Positions 26,819-41,450 of a stretch of DNA of 64,000 nucleotides are shown piece after piece. The translations under genes were made by a program, and so were the position numbers. The notes beneath the pieces were generated by a model. It was not told the DNA's origin and did no database searches. It was given only the letters and a program-made list of their open reading frames with translations. Every line of letters begins with the position of its first letter. The stretch's first letter is position 1. This stretch comes from Eledone cirrhosa (Eukaryota), in contig OZ024759.1 of the NCBI GenBank assembly GCA_964016885.1, positions 9,300,001 to 9,364,000 of the forward strand, given 5' to 3'.

Positions 26819-29806
26819 ATAATTGTTTCTACTTTTGGCACAAGGCCAGCAATTACCCCAGTACATTACTGGTACTTTATTTTATATAATATAAGTGTTT
26901 CTACTTTAGGCACAAGGCCAGCAATTATCCCAGTACATTACTGGTACTTTATTTTATATAATATAAGTGTTTCTACTTTTGGCACAAGGCCAGCAATTAC
27001 TCCAGTACATTACTGGTACTTTATTTTATATAATATAAGTGTTTCTACTTTAGGCACAAGGCCAGCAATTATCCTAGTACATTACTGGTACTTTATTTTA
27101 TATAATATAAGTGTTTCTACTTTAGGCACAAGGCCAGCAATTATCCCAGTACATTACTGGTACTTTATTTTATATAATATAAGTGTTTCTACTTTTGGCA
27201 CAAGGCCAGCAATTATCCCAGTACATTACTGGTACTTTATTTTATATAATATAAGTGTTTCTACTTTTGGCACAAGGCCAGCAATTACTACAGTACATTA
27301 CTGGTACTTTATTTTATATAATATAAGTGTTTCTACTTTAGGCACAAGGCCAGCAATTATCCTAGTACATTACTGGTACTTTATTTTATATAATATAAGT
27401 GTTTCTACTTTAGGCACAAGGCCAGCAATTATCCCAGTACATTACTGGTACTTTATTTTATATAATATAAGTGTTTCTACTTTTGGCACAAGGCCAGCAA
27501 TTACTCCAGTACATTACTGGTACTTTATTTTATATAATATAAGTGTTTCTACTTTTGGCACAAGGCCAGCAATTACCCAGTACATTACTGGTACTTTATT
27601 TTATATAATATAAGTGTTTCTACTTTTGGCACAAGGCCAGCAATTATCCCAGTACATTACTGGTACTATATTTTATATAATATAAGTGTTTCTACTTTTG
27701 GCACAAGGCCAGCAATTATCCAAGTACATTACTGGTACTTTATTTTATATAATACTAGCAGTAAAGCCCGGCGTTGCTCGGGGTCGCTCAGTAGCTGTGT
27801 TAAAGTTACAATGTTAAGTTTCTTTCTTGGCTTAAAAACTGTAGTGTCTACTGTGCAGACTTGCATGTGGTGTTTTTGATTAATATTCCCTCAACCAACA
27901 ATATTCCTTATGAAGTTAAGAAAACATAACGATAACCCGAATGTTATAACAAAAGAGGATGCTGGGGATAAAAACTGCACTGGTTATTTATTAACAAAGA
28001 TCGAAAATGTAAACACTGCAACGCAGAGAAAAACATTAGCGTAACCAAATTATCAGTTATGTCTGTCTGCACGCCTATATCACCTCTCTGCACGACTGTC
28101 TGTCTGCACGCCTGAAATATTTGCTTGTTTTACGTAGTCTTTAAATAGACTTGTTTTCAAGTAAAAATATTGTTTTAAAATGCTTTTAAATGGAAATGAA
28201 GCAAAACGGAAGCTTAGTGTTCGAACTGATGAATTTTGCAGCAATGTCATTTTAAACGCTGAGAAAGCCAGCGTAATTTTTTACGTAAGACGCTCAATGT
28301 AAACAGAACAAAGGGAAATAACTGATAACTTACGCTCAAAAATCGATACATTATATTCGATTTCGTCACATAGGGTGGGTCAATTTGAAATTTTTTTTTT
28401 TCCGATGTCTTCGCTAGGGCTCAATGTACAAGTATAGCAATTTCGGTGCAATTCCGTGAGAGATTCTAAGAGGAGATGTGTGCCAAAAATCGATAGACAG
28501 ACAGACAACCACAGTTTTATATATATATATATATATAGATAAGTGTTTCTACTTTAGGCACAAGGCCAGCAATTATCCCAGTACATTACTGATACTTTAT
28601 TTTATATAATATAAGTGTTTCTACTTTTGGCACAAGGCCAGCAATTACCCCAGTACATTACTGGTACTTTATTTTATATAATATAAGTGTTTCGACTTTA
28701 GGCACAAGGCCAGCAATTATCCTAGTACATTACTGGTACTTTATTTTATATAATATAAGTGTTTCTACTTTTGGCACAAGGCCAGCAATTATCCTAGTAC
28801 ATTACTGGTACTTTATTTTATATAATATAAGTGTTTCTACTTTAGGCACAAGGCCAGCAATTATCCTAGTACATTACTGGTACTTTATTTTATATAATAT
28901 AAGTGTTTCGACTTTAGGCACAAGGCCAGCAATTATCCTAGTACATTACTGGTACTTTATTTTATATAATATAAGTGTTTCTACTTTTGGCACAAGGCCA
29001 GCAATTATCCTAGTACATTACTGGTACTTTATTTTATATAATATAAGTGTTTCTACTTTTGGCACAAGGCCAGCAATTATCCTAGTACATTACTGGTACT
29101 TTATTTTATATAATATAAGTGTTTCGACTTTAGGCACAAGGCCAGCAATTATCCTAGTACATTACTGGTACTTTATTTTATATAATATAAGTGTTTCTAC
29201 TTTTGGCACAAGGCCAGCAATTATCCTAGTACATTACTGGTACTTTATTTTATATAATATAAGTGTTTCTACTTTAGGCACAAGGCCAGCAATTACCCAG
29301 TGCATTACTGGTACTTTATTTTATATAATATAATTGTTTCTACTTTTGGCACAAGGCCAGCAATTACCCAGTACATTACTCGTACTTTATTTTATATAAT
29401 ATAAGTGTTTCTACTTTTGGCACAAGGCCAGCAATTACTCCAGTACATTACTGGTACTTTATTTTATATAATATAAGTGTTTCTACTTTTGGCACAAGGC
29501 CAGCAATTATCCCAGTACATTACTGGTACTTTATTTTATATAATATAAGTGTTTCTACTTTTGGCACAAGGCCAGCAATTATCCCAGTACATTACTGGTA
29601 CTTTATTTTATATAATATAAGTGTTTCTACTTTTGGCACAAGGCCAGCAATTATCCCAGTACATTACTGGTACTTTATTTTATCGACCTCGTAAGGATGA
29701 AAGGCAAAGTTAACCTCGGCGTGATTTGAACTCAGATCATACAGGGAGGTAACTCTATGCTTCGAAGCATGGCGTCCGACCCTCTACCGATACTGCCAAT
29801 CCACCA
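26819..29806 (-). repeat. Nin/Deu SINE whose 72-bp 3' tail is tandemly amplified (about 29 copies), interrupted by a Helitron-like element
   Basis: Unit GTTTCTACTTTTGGCACAAGGCCAGCAATTATCCCAGTACATTACTGGTACTTTATTTTAT... runs into an intact SINE head at 29680-29806. Confidence 0.9.
27755..28539 (-). mobile_element. Non-autonomous Helitron
   Basis: Minus strand 5' TC..., 3' hairpin CCCGAGCAACGCCGGG then CTAG; sits between A and T with no target duplication, and neighbouring repeat units show the empty site TATAATA|TAAGTG. Confidence 0.8.
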
Positions 29807-30194
29807 TCAGCTGTAAGCTATCATCACTATCACCTTCATTTTCCTTCTCTCATCGATGTCATCTCTACCATCATTGTCACCACCACCACCACTACCACCA
29901 TCACTATCACCACCACCACTATCACCACTACTATCACCACCACTATCACCACCACCACTAAAAGGATGAAGATGTACATAAAGTTGAAACAAAAAGCTTC
30001 AATTTAAATGTGAACAATTTAAAAGAAGAAAACCAGTGGCTTCAGGGTGGCTCATGACAAATTCATTTATAACCCTTGAAAGCTATAGGTAGTGTCTTTC
30101 ATTAGAAATATGGTAATGAACAGATCTCTACCTTATTACCTCTAACCCTGCAGATTGTTAAGTTTGCAATAAACTATAAGCATGTCAAACTTAA

Positions 30195-32276
30195 CCATTT
30201 ACATTACTCTATATTTACTATTGTATTGTCACAGTAAAGGCTTTACCTCACATAATATCTCACATAACATTTACATTACTCTATATTTACTATTGTATTG
30301 TCACAGTAAAGGCTTTACCTAACATAATATCCCACATAACATTTACATTACTCTATATATACTATTGTATTTTCTCAGTAAAGGCTTTACCTCACATAAC
30401 ATTTACATTACTCTATATATACTATTGTATTGTTACAGTAAAGGCTTTACCTCACATAATATCTCACATAACATTTACATTACTCTATATATACTATTGT
30501 ATTTTCTCAGTAAAGGCTTTACCTTACATAATATCTCACATAACATTTACATTACTCTATATATACTATTGTATTTTCACAGTAAAGGCTTTACCTCACA
30601 TAATATCTCACGTAACATTTATATTACTCTATATATACTATTGTATTTTCACAGTAAAGGCTTTACCTCACATAAAATTTACATTACTCTATATATACTA
30701 TTGTATTGTCACAGTAAAGGCTTTACCTCACATATCTCACATAACATTTACATTACTCTATATATACTATTGTATTTTCTCAGTAAAGGCTTTACCTTAC
30801 ATAATATCTCACATAACATTTACATTACTCTATATATACTATTGTATTTTCACAGTAAAGGCTTTACCTCACATAATATCTCACGTAACATTTATATTAC
30901 TCTATATATACTATTGTATTTTCACAGTAAAGGCTTTACCTCACATAAAATTTACATTACTCTATATATACTATTGTATTGTCACAGTAAAGGCTTTACC
31001 TCACATATCTCACATAACATTTACATTACTCTATATATACTATTGTATTTTCTCAGTAAAGGCTTTACCTTACATAATATCTCACATAACATTTACATTA
31101 CTCTATATATACTATTGTATTTTCACAGTAAAGGCTTTACCTCACATAATATCTCACGTAACATTTATATTACTCTATATATACTATTGTATTTTCACAG
31201 TAAAGGCTTTACCTCACATAACATTTACATTACCCTATATATACTATTGTATTGTCACAGTAAAGGCTTTACCTCACATAATATCTCACATAACATTTAC
31301 ATTACTCTATATATACTATTGTATTTTCACAGTAAAGGCTTTACCTCACATAATATCTCACGTAACATTTATATTACTCTATATATACTATTGTATTTTC
31401 ACAGTAAAGGCTTTACCTCACATAACATTTACATTACTCTATATATACTATTGTATTGTCACAGTAAAGGCTTTACCTAACATAATATCCCACATAACAT
31501 TTACATTACTCTATATATACTATTGTATTTTCACAGTAAAGGCTTTACCTCACATAATATCTCACGTAACATTTATATTACTCTATATATACTATTGTAT
31601 TTTCACAGTAAAGGCTTTACCTCACATAACATTTACATTACTCTATATATATACTATTGTATTGTCACAGTAAAGGCTTTACCTCACATAATATCTCACA
31701 TATTTATATTACTCTATATTTACTATTGTATTTTCACAGTAAAGGCTTTACCTCACATAACATTTACATTACTCTATATATACTATTGTATTGTCACAGT
31801 AAAGGCTTTACCTCACATAATATCTCACATAACATTTATATTACTCTATATTTACTATTGTATTTTCACAGTAAAGGCTTTACCTCACATAACATTTACA
31901 TTACTCTATATATACTATTGTATTGTCACAGTAAAGGCTTTACCTCACATAATATCTCACATAACATTTACATTACTCTATATATACTATTGTATTTTCA
32001 CAGTAAAGGCTTTACCTCAATAATATCTCACATAACATTTACATTACTCTATATATACTATTGTATTTTCACAGTAAAGGCTTTACCTCACATAATATCT
32101 CACATAACATTTACATTACTCTATATATACTATTGTATTGTCACAGTAAAAGCTTTACCTTAGATAACATCGAAACTATGAAATTTTGATATTTATGCAT
32201 GGCCAGTTACAGCTTGTTTGAAGAAGAAGAGGTGAGAGAATTATGGCCAGATACGGGCGGTTTAAATGCTAAAGGG
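30195..32276. mobile_element. piggyBac-like MITE expanded by about 29 copies of its 72/60-bp internal repeat
   Basis: Same unit as 4377-4720; right end AAATGCTAAAGGG|TTAA; left end TTAA|CCATTTA degenerate. Confidence 0.7.
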
Positions 32277-32361
32277 TTAAAAGAAGAGATTACCTCTCCT
32301 TTTCATTCCTTCTAAATATATGTGTGAGAGACAGAGCTTTTCATTTATAATATAGATAGAT

Positions 32362-33110
32362 GGAGGCACATGGCTTAGTGGTTAGAGCATTGGCCTTGCA
32401 ATCGAAAGGTTGTGTGTTCAATTCTCAGACCGGGTGATGTGTTGTTTCCTTGAGCAAGACACTTTATTTCACATTGCTCCAGTTTACTGTGTCCTTGAGC
32501 AAGACACTTTATTTCACATTGCTCCAGTCCACTGTGTCCTTGAGCAAGACACTTTATTTCACATTGCTCCAGTCCACTGTGTCCTTGAGCAAGACACTTT
32601 ATTTCACATTGCTCCAGTCCACTGTGTCCTTGAGCAAGACACTTTATTTCACATTGCTCCAGTCCACTGTGTCCTTGAGCAAGACACTTTATTTCACATT
32701 GCTCCAGTCTACTGTGTCCTTGAGCAAGACACTTTATTTCACATTGCTCCAGTCTACTGTGTCCTTCAGCAAGACACTTTATTTCACATTGCTCCAGTCT
32801 ACTGTGTCCTTCAGCAAGACACTTTATTTCACATTGCTCCAGTTTACTGTGTCCTTGAGCAAGACACTTTATTTCACATTGCTCCAGTTTACTCAGCTGT
32901 AGAAATGAGATGATAGGGACTGGGGTCCCTATCATTCCACTGCAAAGTGGTCGTGGAGGTGCCACGGCAAAAAAAGCACCCAGCACTCACTGTAACTGAG
33001 GTTGGTGTTAGGAAGGGCATCCAGCTGTAGAAATCAAGCCAGAATCAGTCCCCGTCCCACCCTTGCAAGCAGGGAGAAGCGGACGTAAAATGAAATGATG
33101 ATGATGATGA
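32362..33110 (+). mobile_element. CORE-SINE with its 45-bp CORE segment repeated about 10 times
   Basis: Head and tail as in 1187-1525; TGTGTCCTTGAGCAAGACACTTTATTTCACATTGCTCCAGTYYAC tandem at about 32447-32892. Confidence 0.85.
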
Positions 33111-33149
33111 TAGATGTAGGAATGAAGACAATGTAATAGAGACACAAAC

Positions 33150-33425
33150 CTTCAATGGCAGATTCTTCATACATCGGTATCTGGACAATGGAAGAACTTT
33201 TCTTCTCCAATTCTGAAGGACGTCCAAGGGGGGTGAAAGTAGCACCGAGGAGTTTGGGTTTTTTAGCCAAACTGACTGGCACGGCAGCACCAGGTTCACG
33301 TTTGCGGTCAGCATTGGACAAACTTGATTTCTTGCCAGCACTGCTAGAAGTTACCCTTAGTTCGGTCTCAGATGAAGATTTTGTCTGTTTACCGAGGGCT
33401 ATGAAGTCGCCGGGGGGAGGAAGAG
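33150..33425 (-). CDS. INTS1: INTS1 N-terminal coding exon (LPPPGDFIALGKQTK...DRKRE...KKPKL...PLGR...AIE)
   Basis: gttctAG acceptor, GTTTGT donor, 276 nt, phase 1/1; PPPGDFIALG is the INTS1 N-terminal motif. Confidence 0.93.
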
Positions 33426-36400
33426 CTAGAACAATACATACATGTAGAATTAGATATATATATATTATACATACATGTAGAAGTAGATATATATATATTA
33501 TATACATACATGTAGAAGTAGATATATATATATATATTATACATACATGTAGAATTAGATATATATATATATATATTATATACATACATGTAGAATTAGA
33601 TATATATATATTATACATACATGTAGAGTTAGATATATATATATATATTATACATACATGTAGAATTAGATATATATATATTATACATACATGTAGAAGT
33701 AGATATATATATATATATATTATATACATACATGTAGAATTAGATATATATATATATATATTATATACATACATGTAGAATTAGATATATATATATTATA
33801 CATACATGTAGAGTTAGATATATATATATATATTATACATACATGTAGAATTAGATATATATATATTATACATACATGTAGAAGTAGATATATATATATA
33901 TATATTATACATACATGTAGAGTTAGAAATATATATATATTATACATACATGTAGAGTTACATATATATATATATTATACATACATGTAGAGTTAGAAAT
34001 ATATATATATATTATACATACATGTAGAATTAGATATATATATATTATACATACATGTAGAATTAGATATATATATATTATACATACATGTAGAATTAGA
34101 TATATATATATTATACATACATGTAGAATTAGATATATATATATTATACATACATGTAGAATTAGATATATATATAGATATTATATACATACATGTAGAA
34201 TTAGATATATATATATTATACATACATGTAGAATTAGATATATATATATATATTATATACATACATGAAGAATTAGATATATTATACATACATGTAGAAT
34301 TAGATATATATATATTATACATACATGTAGAATTAGATATATTATACATACATGTAGAATTAGATATATATATATATATTATACATACATGTAGAGTTAC
34401 ATATATATATATATTATACATACATGTAGAATTAGATATATATATATATTATACATACATGTAGAATTAGATATATATATATATTATATACATACATGTA
34501 GAAGTAGATATATATATATATATATTATACATACATGTAGAATTAGATATATATATATTATACATACATGTAGAAGTAGATATATATATATTATATACAT
34601 ACATGTAGAATTAGATAGATATATATTATACATACATGTAGAATTAGATAGATATATATATATTATACATACATGTAGAATTAGATAGATATATATTATA
34701 CATACATGTAGAATTAGATAGATATATATTATACATACATGTAGAATTAGATATATATATATATATTATACATACATGTAGAATTAGATATATATATATA
34801 TATTATACATACATGTAGAATTAGATATATATATATATATTATACATACATGTAGAATTAGATATATATATATATATTATACATACATGTAGAATTAGAT
34901 ATATATATATTATATACATACATGTAGAATTAGATAGATATATATTATATACATACATGTAGAATTAGATAGATATATATTATACATACATGTAGAATTA
35001 GATAGATATATATATATTATACATACATGTAGAATTAGATAGATATATATTATATACATACATGTAGAATTAGATAGATATATATTATATACATACATGT
35101 AGAATTAGATAGATATATATTATACATACATGTAGAATTAGATAGATATATATTATATACATACATGTAGAATTAGATAGATATATATTATACATACATG
35201 TAGAATTAGATAGATATATATTATATACATACATGTAGAATTAGATAGATATATATTATATACATACATGTAGAATTAGATAGATATATATTATACATAC
35301 ATGTAGAATTAGATAGATATATATTATATACATACATGTAGAATTAGATAGATATATATATATATACATACATGTAGAATTAGATATATATATATATATA
35401 TTATATACATACATGTAGAATTAGATATATATATATATATTATATACATACATGTAGAATTAGATATATATATATTATACATACATGTAAAATTAGATAT
35501 ATATATATATATTATACATACATGTAGAATTAAATATATATATATATATTATACATACATGTAGAATTAGATATATATATATATATATATATTATACATA
35601 CATGTAGAATTAGATATATATATATATATTATACATACATGTAGAATTAGATATATATATATATATTATACATACATGTAGAGTTAGATAGATATATATT
35701 ATACATACATGTAGAATTAGATATATATATATTATATACATACATGTAGAATTAGATATATATATATATATTATACATACATGTAGAATTAGATATATAT
35801 ATATATATTATACATACATGTAGAATTAGATATATATATATATATTATACATACATGTAGAATTAGATATATATATATATATATTATACATACATGTAGA
35901 ATTATATATATATATATATATATTATACATATATGTAGAATTAGATATATATATATATATTATACATATATGTAGAATTATATATATATATATATATTAT
36001 ACATACATGTAGAATTAGATATATATATATATATTATACATACATGTAGAATTAGATATATATATATATATTATACATACATGTAGAATTAGATATATAT
36101 ATATTATACATACATGTAGAATTAGATATATATATATTATATACATACATGTAGAATTAGATAGATATATATTATATACATACATGTAGAATTAGATAGA
36201 TATATATTATACATACATGTAGAATTAGATAGATATATATTATATACATACATGTAGAATTAGATAGATATATATATATATACATACATGTAGAATTAGA
36301 TATATATATATATATTATACATACATGTAGAGTTACATATATATATATATTATACATACATGTAGAATTAGATATATATATATTATATACATACATGTAG

Positions 36401-37403
36401 AATTAGATAGATATATATTATACATACATGTAGAATTAGATATATATATATATATTATACATACATGTAGAATTAGATATATATATATTATACATACATG
36501 TAGAATTAGATATATATATATTATACATACATATAGAATTAGATATATATATATATTATATACATACATGTAGAATTAGATATATATATATTATATACAT
36601 ACATGTAGAATTAGATAGATATATATTATACATACATGTAGAGTTACATATATATATATATTATACATACATGTAGAGTTACATATATATATATATTATA
36701 CATACATGTAGAGTTACATATATATATATTATATACATATATGTAGAATTAGATATATATATATATATTATACATACATGTAGTATTAGATATATATATA
36801 TTATACATACATGTAGAGTTACATATATATATATATTATACATACATGTAGAGTTATATATATATATATATATTATATACATACATGTAGAATTAGATAT
36901 ATATATATTATACATACATGTAGAGTTACATATATATATATATTATACATACATGTAGAGTTACATATATATATATATTATATACATACATGTAGAATTA
37001 GATATAGATATATATTATATACATACATGTAGAATTAGATATAGATATATATTATATACATACATGTAGAATTAGATAGATATATATTATACATACATGT
37101 AGAATTAGATATATATATATTACACATACATGTAGAGTTAGAAATATATATATATTATATACATACATGTAGAATTAGATAGATATATATTATACATACA
37201 TGTAGAATTAGATATATATATATATATTATACATACATGTAGAATTAGATATATATATATTATATACATACATGTAGAATTAGATAGATATATATTATAC
37301 ATACATGTAGAATTAGATATATATATATATTATACATACATGTAGAGTTACATATATATATATGGAGGAGGTTATAGTTGACTTGAAGCGTTGTGTAATG
37401 AGG

Positions 37404-37796
37404 TATAAACGTTTGTATATGTATAATAAAGCCAAAACAATGCAGGTATGGACATAGAATAACGAATGCAAATGCAAAAGATATTGTTGACAATTAGTCT
37501 TTTACCTTAGATTTATTTAAATGTCCTTAATTTTCGAGATAATATCTCATCTTCAGAGGGAAGTAAAGCTCTCAAACCAGTGTTCTAAATAGCTTGCCAA
37601 GTCATGCTATAGTAGAACACTGGTTTGAGAGCTTTACTTCCCTCTGAAGATGAGATATTATCTTGAAAATTAAGGACATTTAAATAAATCTAAGGTAAAA
37701 GACTAATTGTCAACAATATCTTTTGCATTTGCATTCTTTATTCTATGTCCATACCTGCATTGTTTTGGCTTTATTATACATATACAAACGTTTATA
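37404..37796. mobile_element. Fold-back element (about 184-bp arms) with a hammerhead-like motif in each arm
   Basis: Arms 37404-37587 and 37613-37796 are reverse complements (hence the mirrored ORFs MSTISFAFAF...). Confidence 0.85.
37641..37675 (+). ncRNA. Very minimal hammerhead-like motif (mirror copy 37525-37559 on -)
   Basis: CCT-CTGAAGA-TGAGATATTATCTY-GAAA-AT-TA-AGG; 3-bp stem I and AATT palindromic stem III. Confidence 0.5.
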
Positions 37797-38674
37797 TATA
37801 TATATATATATTATACAGACATGAAGAGTTACATATATATATATATTATACATACATGTAGAGTTACATATATATATATATTATACATAGATGTAGAGTT
37901 AGAAATATATATATTATATATATACATGTAGAATTAGATATATATATATTATACATACATGTAGAGTTACATATATATATATATTATACATACATGTAGA
38001 GTTACATATATATATATATTATACATACATGTAGAGTTACATATATATATATATTATATACATACATGTAGAATTAGATATATATATATTATACATACAT
38101 GTAGAGTTACATATATATATATTATACATACATGTAGAATTAGATATATATATATTATACATACATGTAGAATTAGATATATATATATATATTATACATA
38201 CATGTAGAGTTAGAAATATATATATATTATATACATACATGTAGAGTTACACATATATATATATATTATACACATACATGTAGAGTTACACATATATATA
38301 TATTATACATACATGTAGAGTTACATATATATATATTATATACATACATGTAGAGTTACATATATATATATTATATACATACATGAAGAGTTACATATAT
38401 ATATATATTTTATACATACATGTAGAGTTACACATATATATATTATATACATACATGAAGAGTTACATATATATATATATATATTTTATACATACATGAA
38501 GAGTTACATATATATATATATTATACATACATGTAGAGTTACATATATATATATTATATACATACATGTAGAGTTACATATATATATATATTATATACAT
38601 ACATATATATATTATATACACACATGTAGAATTAGATATAGATATATATATATTATATACATACATGTAGAATT

Positions 38675-38718
<44 letters not shown>

Positions 38719-38861
38719 CATACATGTAGGATTATATATATATATATATATATATAATATACATACATATAGAATTATATATATGTATATATATATATAA
38801 TATACATACATATAGAATTATATATATATATATATTATATACATACACAAGTGTAGAATTA

Positions 38862-39056
38862 TGAGGGTTTGCTGAAAAGTTCATAGGCTGACTATGAAGG
38901 AGTGATGCTAAAGCAGTGAAATCTTGCATGCATTAATTATAACTCTTCTTCTTAATAACTGTATTGCTTCTTTCCAGGGACCATGTTGAAAAATAAACCT
39001 CATTTGGTCCTTCCATGAGAGTATCTTGGTCAGACTATGGACTTTTCAGCTGACCC

Positions 39057-39059
<3 letters not shown>
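38862..39059. mobile_element. Tc1/mariner-type MITE, second copy
   Basis: TA|TGAGGGTTTGCTGAAAAGT...ACTTTTCAGCTGACCCTTG; homologous to 919-1118. Confidence 0.65.
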
Positions 39060-39091
<32 letters not shown>

Positions 39092-39974
39092 ATATGTAAA
39101 AAATATATAAACAAATAAAAAACTATCAAACTTTAGCTTTGTCCACAACCAAAAAGCCACTCATACTCTAACCTCCCCCACTCAACTGATGAGTGTAATG
39201 TCGCACTCCAATCTCTAGTCCACTCAACTGATCAGTATGAGGTCACACTCACACTTCAGTCTGTCACAAGCCTCTACTGACTCCATTGCCAGTGTATACA
39301 AGAGTGTTCTAGTTGGTCAACTGTACAGCCTGCTTGTGAGATTAATGTGCAAGTGGCTGAGCATTCCAGACATGTGTACCTTCAATGTAAGTCTCAGGGA
39401 GATTTAACACAACAAAGATGGCCCTTTGAATTCCAGGTAGAGTCCATCTTATATTACAGTGTAGGTATAGTGTAGTATTCCACAGACATGTGTACCTTCC
39501 GTCTCCCTAATTTCCCTCACAAGGTAAATAATACCCAAGATTCCACACAATGGCAACCCAGCAAAGTGAACCCCTTAAACAGCCATACCACAGTCACGAC
39601 CATAGATAAGGCTATTATTAATAATTTTAAAAAATGTTAATTCTGAAATGAAAAAAAAATAAAATAAAATGTTGTAAGAAAAAATGAGGAGGGAATATCC
39701 TCAAAAGTAGAATTAGCATTAAATTAAAATTATTTAAAAAATTGTAATTAGCATAAAAATATTAACATAACCTTTTTCATTAAATATTTTAATAAAATTA
39801 ATATTTGCATCAAAATATAAACTGCTTGAAAATTAGAAAACAAAAACTTTTTTTTTTTTTAAATTAAAAACATTCTTGATAGTTATCTAAAGAAACACTT
39901 TTAACATCCACCAATTTCTTGTTTAAAATGAAAGAGGGGAATATAAACTGTCAAGAAATGTCAAGTTGTTAATA

Positions 39975-41133
39975 ATAATTTCAATTTAGGCACAAGGCCA
40001 GTAATTGGGGGCGTGGGGGAGTCAATTAACTCAACCCAAGGACATGACTGGTACTTCATTTTACCAACCTCGAAAAGATGAAAGGCAGAGTTGACAAACA
40101 GCGGCGGGATTTGAAACTCAGAATGTAAAGAACCAATGGCTTTAGTCATTTTATCTGTCTTCCTAACAATTGTGTCAATCCACTGCCACTTCATAATGGT
40201 TTCTAAATTAGGCACAAGGCCAGCAATTTTGGTGGAAAGGTAAAGTCAAATATACAGATCCTAGTACTTTATTCTATCAACCTTGGAAGTTAACCTTGAT
40301 GGAATTTGAACTCAGAACATAAATAGCTGTAACTAAATGCCACACTAATGATTTTGCCAATTTATCTCTCTTTAATAATTGTTTCTACTTTTGGCACAAG
40401 GCCAGCAATTATCCCAGTGTATTACTGGTACTTTACTTTATCGATCCCCGTAAGGATGAAAGGCAAAGTTAAGCTCGGCAGGATTTGAACTCTAATTCTG
40501 TCCACCATTAGCATAACTAAATGTCCAATGCTCTAACGATTCTGACAATCCAACAATCATTAATAATTGTTTCTACTTTTGGCACAAGGCCAGTAATTAT
40601 CCCAGTGTATTACTGGTACTTTATTTTCTCGATCCCCGTAAGGATGAAAGGCAAAGTTAACCTCGGCAGGATTTGAACTGAGACCATAAAGGGCCGTAAC
40701 TCTTTGCTGCAAAGCATGGCGTCCGACCCCAGACACAAGGCCAACAATTTATGGGGAAGAGGAAAGTTAATTGAATCAACCCCAGTGAATTACTGGTGCT
40801 TTATTTTATCAACCAAATAAGGGTAGAAAGCAAAGCTAACCTCAGCAGGATTTGAACTCTAATTCTGTCCACCATTAGCATAACTAAATGAGACACAGCA
40901 TTTTGTCCAATGCTCTAACGATTCTGACAATCCAACAATCGTTAATAATTGTTTCTACTTTTGGCACAAGGCCAGCAATTACCCCAGTGTATTACTGGTA
41001 CTTTATTTTCTCGACCCTCTAAGGATGAAAGGCAAAATTAACCTCGGCGGGATTTGAACTCAGAATGGCAAGGGCCGTAACTCTATGCGTCAAAGCATGG
41101 CGTCCGACCCTCTACCAATACTGCCAATCCACC
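39975..41133 (-). mobile_element. Cluster of about six full or partial Nin/Deu SINE copies
   Basis: Repeated GGCACAAGGCCAG...GATGAAAGGCAAAGTTAACCTCGGC...GATTTGAACTC blocks; intact copy at 40945-41133. Confidence 0.75.
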
Positions 41134-41293
41134 TAATAAATAGTCTCTAATTTAGACACAAGAGACTCTGCCCCCCACGACCCTATCAGGAATAAGTGGG
41201 TGATGAAGTCTCAAGGTCAGCAACACTGGAAGAGGTGGAGGTGTTAATAATAATAATAAAGATAATGTCAATATTTGGTACAAGGGTACAAAC

Positions 41294-41356
41294 CAAAGCG
41301 GAGAGCATTTTTTGTTGGTCGTCTTGGAAGTGGCGCAAGATCAATTTTGGTCTTTT
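41294..41356 (-). CDS. INTS1: Candidate INTS1 upstream exon (KTKIDLAPLPRRPTKNALRF)
   Basis: ttttcAG acceptor, GTTTGT phase-1 donor compatible with exon 33150-33425; RRP recalls the INTS1 N-terminus. The 5' boundary is uncertain. Confidence 0.4.
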
Positions 41357-41450
41357 CTGAAAATTTGGTCAGTTTATTTATTCAAAAGAAATAAAAGCAA
41401 AATTATATATATATATATATATCCCATCTAACCCATGCTAGCGTGGAAAA

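Larger units (their letters stand above)
33434..38850. repeat. About 30-38-bp TA-rich minisatellite (ATACATACATGTAGAATTAG(AT)nT)
   Basis: Tandem array starting at the acceptor of exon 33150-33425; interrupted at about 37363-37796 by a fold-back element. Confidence 0.95.

Noticed and set aside
26819-29680. CRISPR-like regular repeats (also the 40-, 48-, 50-, 86- and 99-bp arrays)
   Set aside because: No unique spacers, no cas genes, eukaryotic intron context; units derive from local sequence.
33589-38929. Numerous YIYI-type ORFs (also 43.3-44.4, 53.5-54, 59.1-60 kb)
   Set aside because: Translations of TA-rich simple repeats.
39186-39220. CTGATGA plus hairpin as a hammerhead
   Set aside because: No GAAA or stem III follows.
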